Assembly (NCBI GenBank): GCA_026025795.1
Contig: JAPEUG010000052.1
Location: 1-64,000 of the forward strand
Direction: 5' to 3'
Source: Thelocarpon superellum
Lineage: Eukaryota
Length of the DNA: 64,000 nucleotides
Shown: in pieces, positions 46,309-57,952 of the stretch
How the letters are laid out: every line of letters starts with the position of its first letter
How positions within the stretch are numbered: position 1 is the first letter of the stretch
Made by a program: the position numbers and the translations under genes
The notes under the pieces: generated by a model
What the model saw: the letters and a program-made list of their open reading frames with translations, nothing else
Database searches by the model: none
What the model was told of the DNA's origin: nothing

Positions 46309-48854
46309 GAGGCTGATGCATGTTACACCGCTTCTACCGCTCACGCACTCCCGCACTCCCGCACTCGCCCACCCACCCACGCCGCCCATCTGTCTGTCTT
46401 TCCCCCTCCTGCCCCGGCAACGCCGCGCATGGGCGAGTACTCCTTCGGACGACGCCGCTCTACTCGGGTGTGCCCGCGATCCCTCGGTCGGTCGGGTGGT
46501 CGGGTGCTCGGCCCGAGTCCCTCAGGCGGTGAACAATACAAGCTACAAATACGCCACAACAAGTCGTGCTCCACAAGTCTGAGCCACGGGGAGAAAGCAG
46601 TCATCCTGATATTCACGGAGGATCAGGGGCGCTCCACATCACCACCTTGCGTTGGGACAGCATCATGGCCTGGCCGGCATCTCACACACACCGACATGAC
46701 ACCGACATGACACCGACATGGATCCCGACATGGCGGTTGATGCAGTAGTGCCCAACGACGCTCCCGTTGGGGCATAGCGATGACGCGGAAGGGATCGGGA
46801 TCGGTCCGCACTGCGGTCGTCAACCTATCAACGTCTCCCACCCACGGGACCCTCGACGCACAAAGGTGACACGAAAACGCCACCTTTGGGGGTTGGTGAG
46901 ATTTCAACAATGGTTCGTGACTGCGACGTCCGACGATGAAGTTAGTAAACCTCGCCATTGGCTGGACGGGACGCGTGGGTCCCGGAGGGATGATTGGCCC
47001 GACGCGTCCACCCTGCTGCTCTCCATCGGTCCGGCCCCTCTCGTGCGGTGGGAGATCCCCTCACGTGCAGCTTGGTGCCAGATCCCGATGAGCATCTTGG
47101 CTGTTCAAGGTCGCCGCAGACGCTGACAGGGTCATCTCACCACGACCGACTGAGGAGCCATGATCGCCATGGCTGGACAATGACATCACGTGCACGGCAG
47201 TGTGGCTGGGAGTGGCCAGGCCCGGGCTCGATGTGGGGATACTCCTACCCTCTCCTACACCACTCGGCAAGCGACCAACCGGCAGAGGCGAGTACCCATG
47301 CCGTATGGAAACCTGGGGCAACTCCGGGCACCCGCGGCCACGGGCCGTCCCCTCGCCCACCACCTCCTTGGAGGGACATGGGGAGCCCGGCGCACGGATG
47401 GCTCGTCGACGAGTGACATGCGCGTGGCCGTCCCCTTTGCGAGGATTGTCGATGACGCAAAATCGCGCGAGCGGGCACGATTGAGGAGAGCTGGGCGATG
47501 GAACGGGCCCTAGAGATCTTGTCCCGATCGAGAGGTGGTGGGCGATCGTGGACGGCCGATCTCACCGGGCTGGTCACGCGTGGCAGATGAGCGTGAACCG
47601 GCTTGACGTGGCGGGCACCGGTCGCGCGGATGGCGCTGGGGCTGACACGCGTTCGACGTACATGTCGACGTGCATTGCGACGCGCATTCGGCGTTGTGCC
47701 CTCCACCTCGCTTGTCTGGGACAACGATTGGGGTATGCCAGGGGACGCTTGCGTTGAAAAGCAAGGTGCATCGGTCTGGAGCGCTCCGTGGATGCTTTTG
47801 TCGGAAAAAGCAAGAGAAAAAGCCACATACATCTACTGTACCCCGCAGACTGGTGGACGGGGCGGTAACACGAGACTAACGATTGGGTCAACGTCGACTT
47901 GTGACAGCAATATGGGTACACCTTGAATGCTGCCGCAGACGATGCGATGCGCGAGCACATGCCCACGCACATTCCATCGCCAACTGCCAGCATGGACGTC
48001 TGCCATCCCAATGGCCATGTACTTGTACATGCTCGTACATGGGTAGACAGCACCGGTGTGGAAGGGAAAACAAATAAGTCTTCCGAGACGACTTCGGAGA
48101 TGCTCGGCTTGCCAATCGGACATGAATGGTGACACGCACAGACGCATCCGATGACACCGTCGCAATCGATCCGAGGGCGACCGATCGGAGAGGAGAGGCG
48201 GAGAGGAGGGAACAAGGGAAAGAGGAGGAGGGAGGAGAGGAGAAGACGGAGGTTGACGGCCCGGCAGAAAGATCCTTGCCATGCCTCCACGTTGCAGCCT
48301 CCCGGTCGCCGAGCGACGTCTCGCACCACTCTCAATCCTTTGCGTTGGTGGGAGAAGTTACGCGAACCCAAATATTACCAGAGCCAGTCCGCGCAGCGGG
48401 TGCGAGGGTCGTAGTCTCGAAGCGGCGAGTGTGTCGACGGCTCAATGACTATGTTGCTGGCCAGCATTACTCCTTGTAGTGTTGCGGTCAGACCGGAGTC
48501 ACGGGACGCCCACGGGGCCGTGGTTGAACTTCTCAGGAGGCACTCTCATAGCGAAGAGAAGATGGTGACCACTAGTCTAGTCAGCGTGTAGGGGGCTATC
48601 CTTCGCATCTCGGCGTCTACTGTATTGGCTGGGGGGTCATGATTGCGAATCGGCCCGATGACCCATCCCGTCTTTGCACGTCAAAGCGTCGGTCTGCTCA
48701 AGCGCGCGGTGTTAGGAGACGGGGCCGACCAACGTCTGGACCTGCGCAAGCTGCGCCGAGGTCAACGTCAATTCCAGGAGACTTTGGATGGCGAAAAGTC
48801 CACTGGCGACCCGCGGCCAACCACGGCTGACTCGCCACACCACGCTGCTGAGCT

Positions 48855-49030
48855 TTGCTCCCCTGCTCACCTGCTCCCCTGCTCACCTGCTCCCCGGCTC
48901 ACCTGCTCCCCTGCTCCCCTGCTCTCCTGCTCCCCTGCTCCCTGCTCCCCTGCTCACCTGCTCCCCTGCTCCCATGCTCCCCTGCTCCCTGCTCACCTGT
49001 CCACCTGCTCTCCTGTACATCTGCTCCCCC
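48855..49030. repeat. Low-complexity minisatellite (CCTGCTCC/CCTGCTCA)n
   Basis: About 20 units of 7-8 bp. Confidence 0.9.
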
Positions 49031-49155
49031 CTGGCTCATTCGAATGGCCCTAGAACCTGTCAGAGCGAGTCCGACTTCCAGCGTCGCTTATGGGGACGGG
49101 GCCACTTGACGCCCAATCAAACGGAACCATCCCCGAGGTAGCGGTTACTTGGTGC

Positions 49156-49291
49156 TGTCGAGGCTCCATACGGGAGCTCGAGGCTTCTGAGTAAGCCACC
49201 TCACATGACCCACAATAGCTGTATATTAGAACGACGGATAGCTTCCGTAGAATAAACCACCCATCTCCAGTGGAATAACCGGGGTGCGTCA
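49156..49291 (-). mobile_element. Solo LTR-like element, family A (136 bp), 4-bp TSD GTGC
   Basis: TGTCGAGG...GGTGCGTCA flanked by GTGC; reverse complement of 54031-54169. Confidence 0.8.
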
Positions 49292-49785
49292 GTGCGAAGC
49301 CCGCCCACCGAGCACAGGGCTAGCGGGCTTGGCCGCGGGAGGCTACTGAGCCAGCGCTAGCGGTCGAATTGTGACGGCGGAAATGTGCACTAGAAACGGG
49401 ATCAGCACGGAATATGACCGGCTCCGTTGTGCAAACACGATCGATGCCCGTCCCGCGGCGGGCAAACGGTGCACCTGAAACATGCACAATCTCGTATGAG
49501 GATCGTATAGGCCTTGCACTATTACCTGTCAGATCAGGTCGCTTGCAACGCATGTTGTCGCCCGAGAGGTCGCCCATGATCTCGCCCATGGTCGCGGTCA
49601 TGTCCATACATCGACCGTCTCCTCCGTCCGCGGGGTCCAGAAGGCCATCTGCGTTCACTCCTTCCGCAGACGATCCATCTTCCGCCGTGACATAGCGACT
49701 GGGGCGCTTTTTGCTTTCTGGTGCTTCGCAGTCTAGCACTCCACACTCTTTTCCCTCGTGCAACACTCTCTTTCCATCTGGCCAC

Positions 49786-51123
49786 ATGAAGCATCTCTCC
49801 CTCATGCTCGGCCTGCTGGTTGCCGCTGCATCCGCTGCACCCGTGGCCGACGACGGATGCGACATGCAATATGTGATGGTCAATCCCGACGGAACCCCCG
49901 TCTCCCCGTCGTCGAGCGATGCCTCGGTCGCGCCGGCCGACGCTTCGTCCAGTCCCACCTCGGACGCAGCGGCAGGGACGGGGACGGGGACGGTGGCACC
50001 CGCCGGTCCGAGTGGCACGGCGCCCTCGGATCCGGGCCCAGGCTTCAAGACGGTCTCGTGCAGCGCCGGGTCGTTGGCTCCCGTCGGCATGGCCAGCTTC
50101 CCCATCAACGGCGACAACCTCTGCGCCCCCGAGCCCACGGACCCGGTGCCTGCCGACGCCGTGGTCTACACACCCAGCAGCTCGACCCTGGATCTGCTGG
50201 ACATCCAGCAATGGATCAACAAGGAGGCATCGGCGGGAGCCACGTTCCTCAAGGTGGCTCCGGGTCTCTACGCCTACGGCCCCGGGCCAGTCCACTCGGC
50301 GAGCACCGACACGAATACCGTTGCAGGCGAGAACATCGAGCTGACCGGCAAGGGCGGCATCACGCTCGACCTCCGTGGGGTGACCTTTGTCGTCACCATC
50401 AACCCACAGAACATCGACCAACGACTGGGAGAGATGATCTACGTCGGCTACACCCGCGACATCACCATCCTCGGTGGCACCTACTGGATCGACCAGGGCG
50501 ATCTGTGGTCGTACGCGGAGATGACGTCGATGGACAACCTGGTCGGCACCTTCCAAGTCCCCGAGGGCTTCAACCGCAGCGTCTGGCTCACCGCCACCGC
50601 CTCGCCCGGCCTGATCATGTGCGCGGACACGTCGGACCCGAAGCACTACACCTTCCCGGAGTGCGGACAGTGGCAGCAGGCCGTCTCCTGGGACAAGTCG
50701 CAGCTCCTCTCGAACGGCATCCTGAAGGTCACCGCGCCCGGCTGGGCCGAGCATCCGAACTTCCGTCCGAACTTTAGCCTCTCGTGTGCCGTCGGACCAC
50801 AGACGGCGACGACGATTGGCGCGGAGCATGTCGACAACCTGGTGATCAAGGGCATGACGACCAACGGCAATTTCTGGCAGTATGGACTCGATTCATACAA
50901 CACCGCCGTGCTCGAGGACTGCTGGGTGGTGCAGCCGCCGCGGCGGCCGGGCTATGGCATTGTCGGGCCCCATGGCCCCGTCTGGTTCCAGGACTCCATC
51001 AGCCACGTCAACTTCAACGCGCCGGGCGAGGTCCCGATGACGTACAAGAATTCCTGGTGGCAGGCCTCCTCGAGCCCCTACCAGCTCGAAGACATGAACA
51101 ACGGCACCGTGCCCACGTCCTAG
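49786..51123 (+). CDS. Secreted protein with a Ser/Thr/Pro linker and a probable right-handed beta-helix-like domain
   Basis: MKHLSLMLGLLVAAASAAP signal peptide; intronless 445-aa ORF with strong GC3 bias; DIQQWINKEASAGATFLKVAPGLY...ITLDLRGVTF pattern. Confidence 0.8.
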   Translation: MKHLSLMLGLLVAAASAAPVADDGCDMQYVMVNPDGTPVSPSSSDASVAPADASSSPTSDAAAGTGTGTVAPAGPSGTAPSDPGPGFKTVSCSAGSLAPVGMASFPINGDNLCAPEPTDPVPADAVVYTPSSSTLDLLDIQQWINKEASAGATFLKVAPGLYAYGPGPVHSASTDTNTVAGENIELTGKGGITLDLRGVTFVVTINPQNIDQRLGEMIYVGYTRDITILGGTYWIDQGDLWSYAEMTSMDNLVGTFQVPEGFNRSVWLTATASPGLIMCADTSDPKHYTFPECGQWQQAVSWDKSQLLSNGILKVTAPGWAEHPNFRPNFSLSCAVGPQTATTIGAEHVDNLVIKGMTTNGNFWQYGLDSYNTAVLEDCWVVQPPRRPGYGIVGPHGPVWFQDSISHVNFNAPGEVPMTYKNSWWQASSSPYQLEDMNNGTVPTS

Positions 51124-51824
51124 TCGCCGACCTCGTGGCGGGATGGAAAGGCTCGAGCGAGCGGCAATGACCTTGGTGCTTCTTCTTTCTCCATCTCCAT
51201 GTAATGTCGGAAAGCCATGAAATTTTCTGCTAAATTGATTCGTTTACCCGTCGCATGTCTATGCTTGGGGAGTGCACGGATGTAGTCGTGCGCGCCCTAC
51301 GTAGCCAGTACACGGGGAGGGCCCCGTTCACTACCAGTCGATGGGGGCCCTCTTTGAAACAGGGGAGCCCCAGTAGCTGCGTCCAGTAAGAGGCGATGGG
51401 AGGCATTTGCTTGTCTGGCACGCTCCCTGTCCTCTGGCGTGCTCTCGTCCTCGTCATCCTCCGCGATCGGCGGCTGGCGACCACCGCTCTCAGCGGCCGC
51501 AGCCACCGCCGCCTCCAGCTTGGCGACGCGCGCAGCCCGCCGGTGGTCGACACCGGCCTCATCAAGGCCCTGTACTGGAAATGTGCCGGTCTCCAGCGTA
51601 GTCCGGCCCCAACGTTGGACCACCTCCTATGTACGCCCATCTTGGTAGACGCCCTTGCCCACACGCAGGAATGTGCCTGTGGAGTCAGGCACCAAGGTGA
51701 AAGGACTACGTGAGAGCATTGGGATTTTCTTGGAATGGTGTGGAGGGTCTTTGAAAGGACGGTGTTTGTTGCGCATTGGGGAATACGAAGTCGATGGTAT
51801 GAAGGCTACTTGGTCTCCTCATAC

Positions 51825-51914
51825 TGTAGGAGCGCGCACGTGATCAAGTCACGTGCCCACCCCTATTACAATCCCGGCTACATGTAGATTAGCAATTCAG
51901 CTCTGATTCCTACA
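51825..51914 (+). mobile_element. Solo LTR-like element, family B (90 bp), 4-bp TSD ATAC
   Basis: TGTAGGA...TCCTACA flanked by ATAC; about 8 mismatches versus 25090-25179. Confidence 0.82.
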
Positions 51915-54030
51915 ATACGAGATATATGGGAATCCCTTAGGCGGCATTTCCCGCTGAGCTCTCCCACGACCAACCACTGATTGTGTCATCTTCCAACATA
52001 ATTTTCGGCATCTACATGTTGCGCAGAGGGAATAAAGTGTAGAGAGTATTAAGGCTAACAGCTATTACAACTCTGCTTGGGTCTCCCCATACCAATTATA
52101 TGGGAACCGACAGGGGCATTTCCCGTTCCGCCTTCCATGACCAACTGCGGATTATGTCATCTTCCAACAGACGTAGTGCGTCATAGTAACCACGTGACTT
52201 ATACCTGGTCACGTGGCTGCCCGAACACTATCCTCGAGACGGAAACCTCGTGCAGCTCGACACAACAGTAAAGACATGACATATGATGGAAGAGGACATT
52301 GGCGCACACTTCATATCGATGCTGCATGCCATGCAAAAACATCTACAGGATCCACATGCTTGCTGCATAGTCGACGTGGGGCATTGAGCAGGAGCAAGCA
52401 CGAGGGCTTTCCTTCTAATGAAACTGATGTTCTCCTCATCAGCCTCGTCACCTTTCGCACTCGTTCACATACCTCTCTCCGCATGCCACCCTCCGTCACC
52501 CTGGTGGAGGTCGCGTTGTGCTGCAACACAGATATGCCAGATGCTCAATCTACGTTGCATCGCATTTGTCGCTATCGTGGCTGCAATGGCGAGCACGGCC
52601 CCCCAGAACAGTGGGCGCTGTATCCCAGCTCAGCACGATTGGGGCTGCGCCAATTCGGGCCTCGCGGATCTTCCAGGTAGCTCGACAGGGGAGCCCCTAT
52701 TAGCTGCTACAAATTCGCCCAACAGATCCACGTCAGATCCACCGCCCTCGAGAAGGAATTGTCTTGTACGGGGAAGGGCAGCACTGCCAAGGACCGACGA
52801 CGACCAGAAGGCTGTGGAGGAGGCGAGTTGGCGCTGGTAATGAGGGAACCGTTCAAGGAACTGTGATGCGCCGCAGGGCGGTACCCGCCACAGGGGCTCC
52901 GACTGCCAAAGCGCACGCACGCTGGACTCAAACACGCCGGTCAGGGCAAGATGACTGGTAGCAGTCGCACGGCGAATCTCTGCACGGATGCATGATGAGG
53001 GTTTTATGAACCACAGCGGTCTTGACGTCGTCCAGCACATCCGTCGCGCTCTGGTACGCGTCCGTCCAGCACTTGCGGATGACCGGACCCATCACCGGCA
53101 CATGCTCGGTCGATGGACGCTGCCCCGCGGCGTAGCGGCGCTCCACCTCTTCATCGCTGATGTCGTCCGGGGAGACTGTGGGCAGCCCCGTGGAAGGAAC
53201 TATTGCTACTGCGGCGGCGGCGGCGTGGGTGGCTACGAGCCGCCGCAGAGGCTGACGCTCCGCTTGGGCTGGCCCCGCTACTGACTACTACTACGAGCAG
53301 GGCCTCTATGAGAGACGTCGAAGATGGCTCTGGCCACGTCGGACCAGGATACCGTCAAGGCGTATCAGCGCGGTGAAAATACTCGGGGGCGAGGGTGGAG
53401 GCATCGTCTGTTGTGTCGAGCCGGCGCCGGCGAAGATGGGAACAACGCTGCAAGAACACTGGATCTCCCTCAGCTAATGCGCCGGAGCACGGCATGAATG
53501 ACTCGAGCCATCTAGCAATGGGAGACGACTCTTGTGATGTGGAAGAGCGGCGTCGAATCGGAATCGCTGGTACTGACCGGACGAGGAAGACGAGATACCA
53601 CCGGCGGACAAGGGCTCCACTCCCTTGGGGAGCGAGCAGGGAGCACCCTCTTCAGTTGCCCTGCCGCAAGGTGGTCTACCATGGAGCGCTCCCCCCGCCC
53701 TTTTGTACTGTGCCAGACATGCTCGGGTGGAGCGCGCCCATCCATCCAAGCCAGATCCTAGTGTAGAAAGACGCCGTCAATGTCAAGCGTCCAGTCATTG
53801 CTGCAAAGCCCTCCCGTACTGTTTTCCCCGACTAACTTTATCGTCGGATCTCTCATTTCCGTCACACTGCATGGTGGCGTAGGCCATGCCGTAAGCAATG
53901 TGACGAGGGCGTCGCGCTGCATGAGTCCGGATACGCCCACGCGGTTGGGGTACAAGCACGAGTACGAGTCCGAGGACAAGGACGAGGATGAGTAAGCGGG
54001 GCTCTTGTCTGGAGGACGAGCACTGGGTAT

Positions 54031-54169
54031 TGACGCACCCCGGTTATTATTCCACTGGAGATGGGTGGTTAATTCTACGGAAGCTATCCGTCGTTCTAAT
54101 ATGCAGCTATTGTGGGTCACGTGAAGCGGCTTACTCAGAAGCCTCGTGCTCCTGTATGGAGCCTCCACA
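54031..54169 (+). mobile_element. Solo LTR-like element, family A (139 bp), 4-bp TSD GTAT
   Basis: TGACGCACCC...CTCCACA flanked by GTAT. Confidence 0.82.
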
Positions 54170-54972
54170 GTATGCCCCGTCGAGGCGTACGTAAGCAGTG
54201 GCTCCCTACTGGTGTGTTACTGCTCGGCCGAGAACTCGGGCGAGTCTCGCGGGGTAGGAGGAGCGTACAATCGCCGGCACGGCCACCAAGCTGCGGCACC
54301 AAGCATCGGTCATCGGTCGGATCCTGCCAAAAGAAAAGAAAGCAGTCCACACCCCTCACACCCCTCACCCCCCTGCCGCTCGGACGAACCTTGGCCCGGG
54401 CAAACGACACCAAGTTTTTCGTCGGATCCTGCAAAAAAGAAAGCAATCATGGCCCCCACGTACTGCCCACGCCGGATTGGTTCGTGGACGGTGGTGGCGT
54501 GACCATGGCCGCTCACACGGCAGTTGCAGCCTGATCCTGCGCGACCACCTCCCGCCAAGCACCCTCCCCCGTGCGTCCGAGGTGCGGACGGGCAACGGTC
54601 ACGTGGAAGTGGGGGTTCTTTTCAAGTTCCGTCGGACGTCTCAAATTCCTGACGCCATCGGACGTGCATGGTGGCGCACTCGGTGACCAATGAAATCGGC
54701 AGTCCGTAGACGGGCCGTTGGCGGAGTGCCGCAAGCAGATGGAGAGCGTCATTTGTTTAGCGACGGTGCAGAGCAGGTGCACGGTTGTCGGAATGGGAGA
54801 AGAGGGGAGGGGATGAGGGGAGGGGATGAGGCCAGGCAAGACATCTGTCCGGAATAAAGCCTACCAAGTTTGTTCACTCACGACTCGGATTACAATCGCT
54901 GGCGTGGAAGGGAACCGCAAGGGACGGACATCCTCTCCCCATACACAGAAGCGTCGTGTCTCCTCCATCGCC

Positions 54973-56923
54973 ATGGGAGGTGGTCCGGTACTCCCTCTCG
55001 AGCATTGGCCATCGGCCGTGGCGTCGTCGAGTCGTCGAGACAGGTCCCAGGGCCAGCTGGACCAGCTGGACCAGCTGGACCGCCTGGACCATCTACGGGG
55101 GCTGGTGGACATGGGCAGGTGGGATGCTGATGCCAATCCTCTTTCATGGGCCCCCCCCGTTCCATCACCCGCTGACCGGTCCCGAGGCGCCCAGCAACGG
55201 CATCCGCTTCTCCATCTCCGACCTCGCTCCACCCACCTCCCGTGTCCTGCCCACCGTCTACCTCGGTCGCGTCGGCATCTCCCTCTATGACGCGCAATTC
55301 GACCCCACCACCGGCGCCCGCCGTCCCATCCCCCCGGCCGTGATCCGCGCCGTCATCCAATCCCTGCGCCGCTTCCAAACCGTCTGCGCCGACTTTGGCG
55401 TGCGCGACCACCACATCCGCGTCCTGGCCACCGAAGCCACTCGCACCGCCCGGAACTCCCTCGAGTTTCGCCAGGACATCACACACGCCACGGGCTGGGC
55501 CGTGGAGGTGCTCTCCAAGGAAGAGGAAGGCGAGGTGGGCGCGTGGGGGGTCGCCAGCAGCTTCGCCGACGTGCGGGGCCTGGTCATGGATCTCGGCGGC
55601 GGGAGCATGCAGATCACCTGGATGATTGCGCACCAGGGGGACGTGCGGACGAGTGCCAAGGGCGCCATCAGCTTTCCCTACGGCGCGGCGGCCATGGCGA
55701 GGCGCTTGGCCGAGGTGGAGCGCGGCAAGGACGAGGACGAGAGGGAAAAGGCCGTGGCCAAGCTGCGCGAGGAGATGAAGACGACTTTCGAAAAGGCGTA
55801 CGAGCGTCTGGAGATCCCCGACGAGCTCATCGACGCAGCCAAAGACGAGGGTGGATTCCCCCTCTACCTCTCCGGCGGCGGCTTCCGCGGATGGGGGTAT
55901 CTGCTCCTGTCGCAGAGCCAGGTGCACGGGCACCACTACCCCATCTCCATCATCAACGGCTTCTGGGCGCACAAGGACGACTTTGCCAACACCGACCAGC
56001 TCAAGGAAGTCGCGCGGACCGCGCACAAGATCTTCCGGGTCTCGGACCGCCGGCGCCAGCAAGTGCCCGCGGTGGCCTTCCTCGTCCACGTCCTCGCCAC
56101 CGCCCTCCCGCACGGCATCAAAGACGCTCGCTTCTGCCAAGGCGGCGTGCGTCAAGGGATCCTCTTTCGCGATCTGCCGCGCCGCGTGCGTGCCGTCCAC
56201 CCGCTCCCCGTCGCCACGGCGCCGTATGCCGGTCCGTCGGCGGGCGCCATCAGCGCGCTCCTGCGGTCCGCGCTTCCGGCCTCGTGCACGGACGACGCCG
56301 CGACCTATCCCGCATCGATCAGCGTCCCCTTGGTGCAGGCACTGGCCAACGTCCTCTTTGCGCATGCGGCACTAGGCAAGGAGACCGCCTCCGTCTGCGC
56401 CCTCTACAGCACGAGCACGGGCATCTTGGCCTCGGCGCACGGCATCTCTCACGCCCACCGCGCCATGCTCGCGCTCATGCTCGAGGAGCGTTTCCCCGGC
56501 GAGCTCCCTCCGCGCGACGCCGAGGTCCAAGTGCACCTGGCCGAGCTCTTGCATCCGGCGGAAGTGTGGTGGTGCCGCTTCATCGGCACCGTGGCATGGC
56601 TGGTGGCGGAAGTGTACCCGACGGGGGTGATTGACGCGCGCCGGCCGCGCATGCAGTTCTCGTCGCGGTGGGCCACGAGACTCGGCAAACAGGGGACGAA
56701 GAAGGGGGTGCGGCTGACGGTCCAGGTGCCTGCCACGGGCGACGCGATGACGCACAGAGCGACGATGGAGGACGAGGTGCAACGGATCCGCAAGGTTGGG
56801 AAAAGGAAGAATTGGATCGGAGGGAGACAGGGATGGGGGATGGCCGTGGCGGTAGTGGTGAAAGTGCAGGAGGACTTGGATGCTGCTGTAACGCGTGTGA
56901 GTCAGACCGAGGACGCCCGGTGA
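54973..56923 (+). CDS. RTG2: Ppx/GppA-family protein, retrograde regulator Rtg2-like
   Basis: Exon 1 ends ...LRGLVDMGS; intron 55119-55194; then NGIRFSISDL, ATEATRTARN, MDLGGGSMQITW, SFPYGAAA, LYLSGGGFRGWG and FCQGGVRQG. Confidence 0.88.
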
Positions 56924-57538
56924 GGCCAGCCATGACGGCAGAACGCGTCACGAATCGTCCTGCTCTTGCCTGCACCTTGCCCGGAGTGGGGCGCAACAGG
57001 TCTCTTGGATATGGCAGTGGACGAATTACATTGAAGTCGAGTGGTTGTGGAGTCGTAGCTGAGCTCAGGTAGCAGACCACGCAGCGGCAGCACCACCACA
57101 GCTGAACTGTAGGATGACTGGCATACTTGCAGCACTAGCGTCGGCAGGACTGGACTCGCGACTCACGACTTACGACTCACGACTCACGACTCACGACTCA
57201 CCGGACTCATCGCCTGCTTGGTCCGCCCCACAAGGAATGCTAGTACCGGGAGCGGTGGCGTGCCAAATCCCAGGCTGCTCTAATTCTCAGCTCAGTGTCG
57301 GGCACCTGGAAATTGGTGCAGTAGACATCACGAGCTCTAGCAACGTGTGATTCGACCATCTGTTGCTCCATCCTGCCCCGCCACAAGTCTTTGGGTTGAT
57401 TGTGGTCATGAAGAATGGCCAGTGTACATCCGAGGCTCATACGTCCAGCTTGTGGCTGTTGATCGAGAGATTTTGACTAGCCCATGGTGAGAGCAGCCTG
57501 GCATGAGGCGATGAGGCGATGGGGCGCATTACCCGTAC

Positions 57539-57682
57539 TGACGCACCCGAGATGTAGACTGGAGCGGGTAACCTACTAGGTTTAGTATTTAATGGAAGCT
57601 ATCTGTCATTCGAAAATACAGCTATTGTGGGTCATGTGCAACAGCTTAGTCAAGTGCCCAAGCTCCCGTATGAAGCCTCACA
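57539..57682 (+). mobile_element. Solo LTR-like element, family A (144 bp, diverged), 4-bp TSD GTAC
   Basis: TGACGCACCC...CCTCACA flanked by GTAC. Confidence 0.75.
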
Positions 57683-57952
57683 GTACCTACCAACATTACA
57701 TGCGAGGTGGACCGAGTACGACGTACGGTGTACTTGCAGGCCCCCGCTACTCACGGGGACTCGCCATGGTTGCCTGGCGCTGAGCTGCAGCTTTCCGCCC
57801 CACCACGGGAGACGAAGCATAGCCGAACAGTCACAAAGCCTAAGGCAGAAGCAGAGTCAGAGGCAGAGGCAGAGGCAGAGGCAGAGGCAGCACATCTGCC
57901 CGCCATAAATCACCCGTCCTCCCGTGGCATTGAGCATCGCAGGCTCATCGCC

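Noticed and set aside
46000..49100. Protein-coding genes among the many short ORFs
   Set aside because: Low-complexity translations driven by microsatellites; no recognisable domain.
51924..52170. About 75-bp diverged direct repeat (51924-52000 versus 52098-52170) as a TRIM/LTR pair
   Set aside because: No TG...CA termini, TSD, PBS or PPT found; probably an old local duplication.
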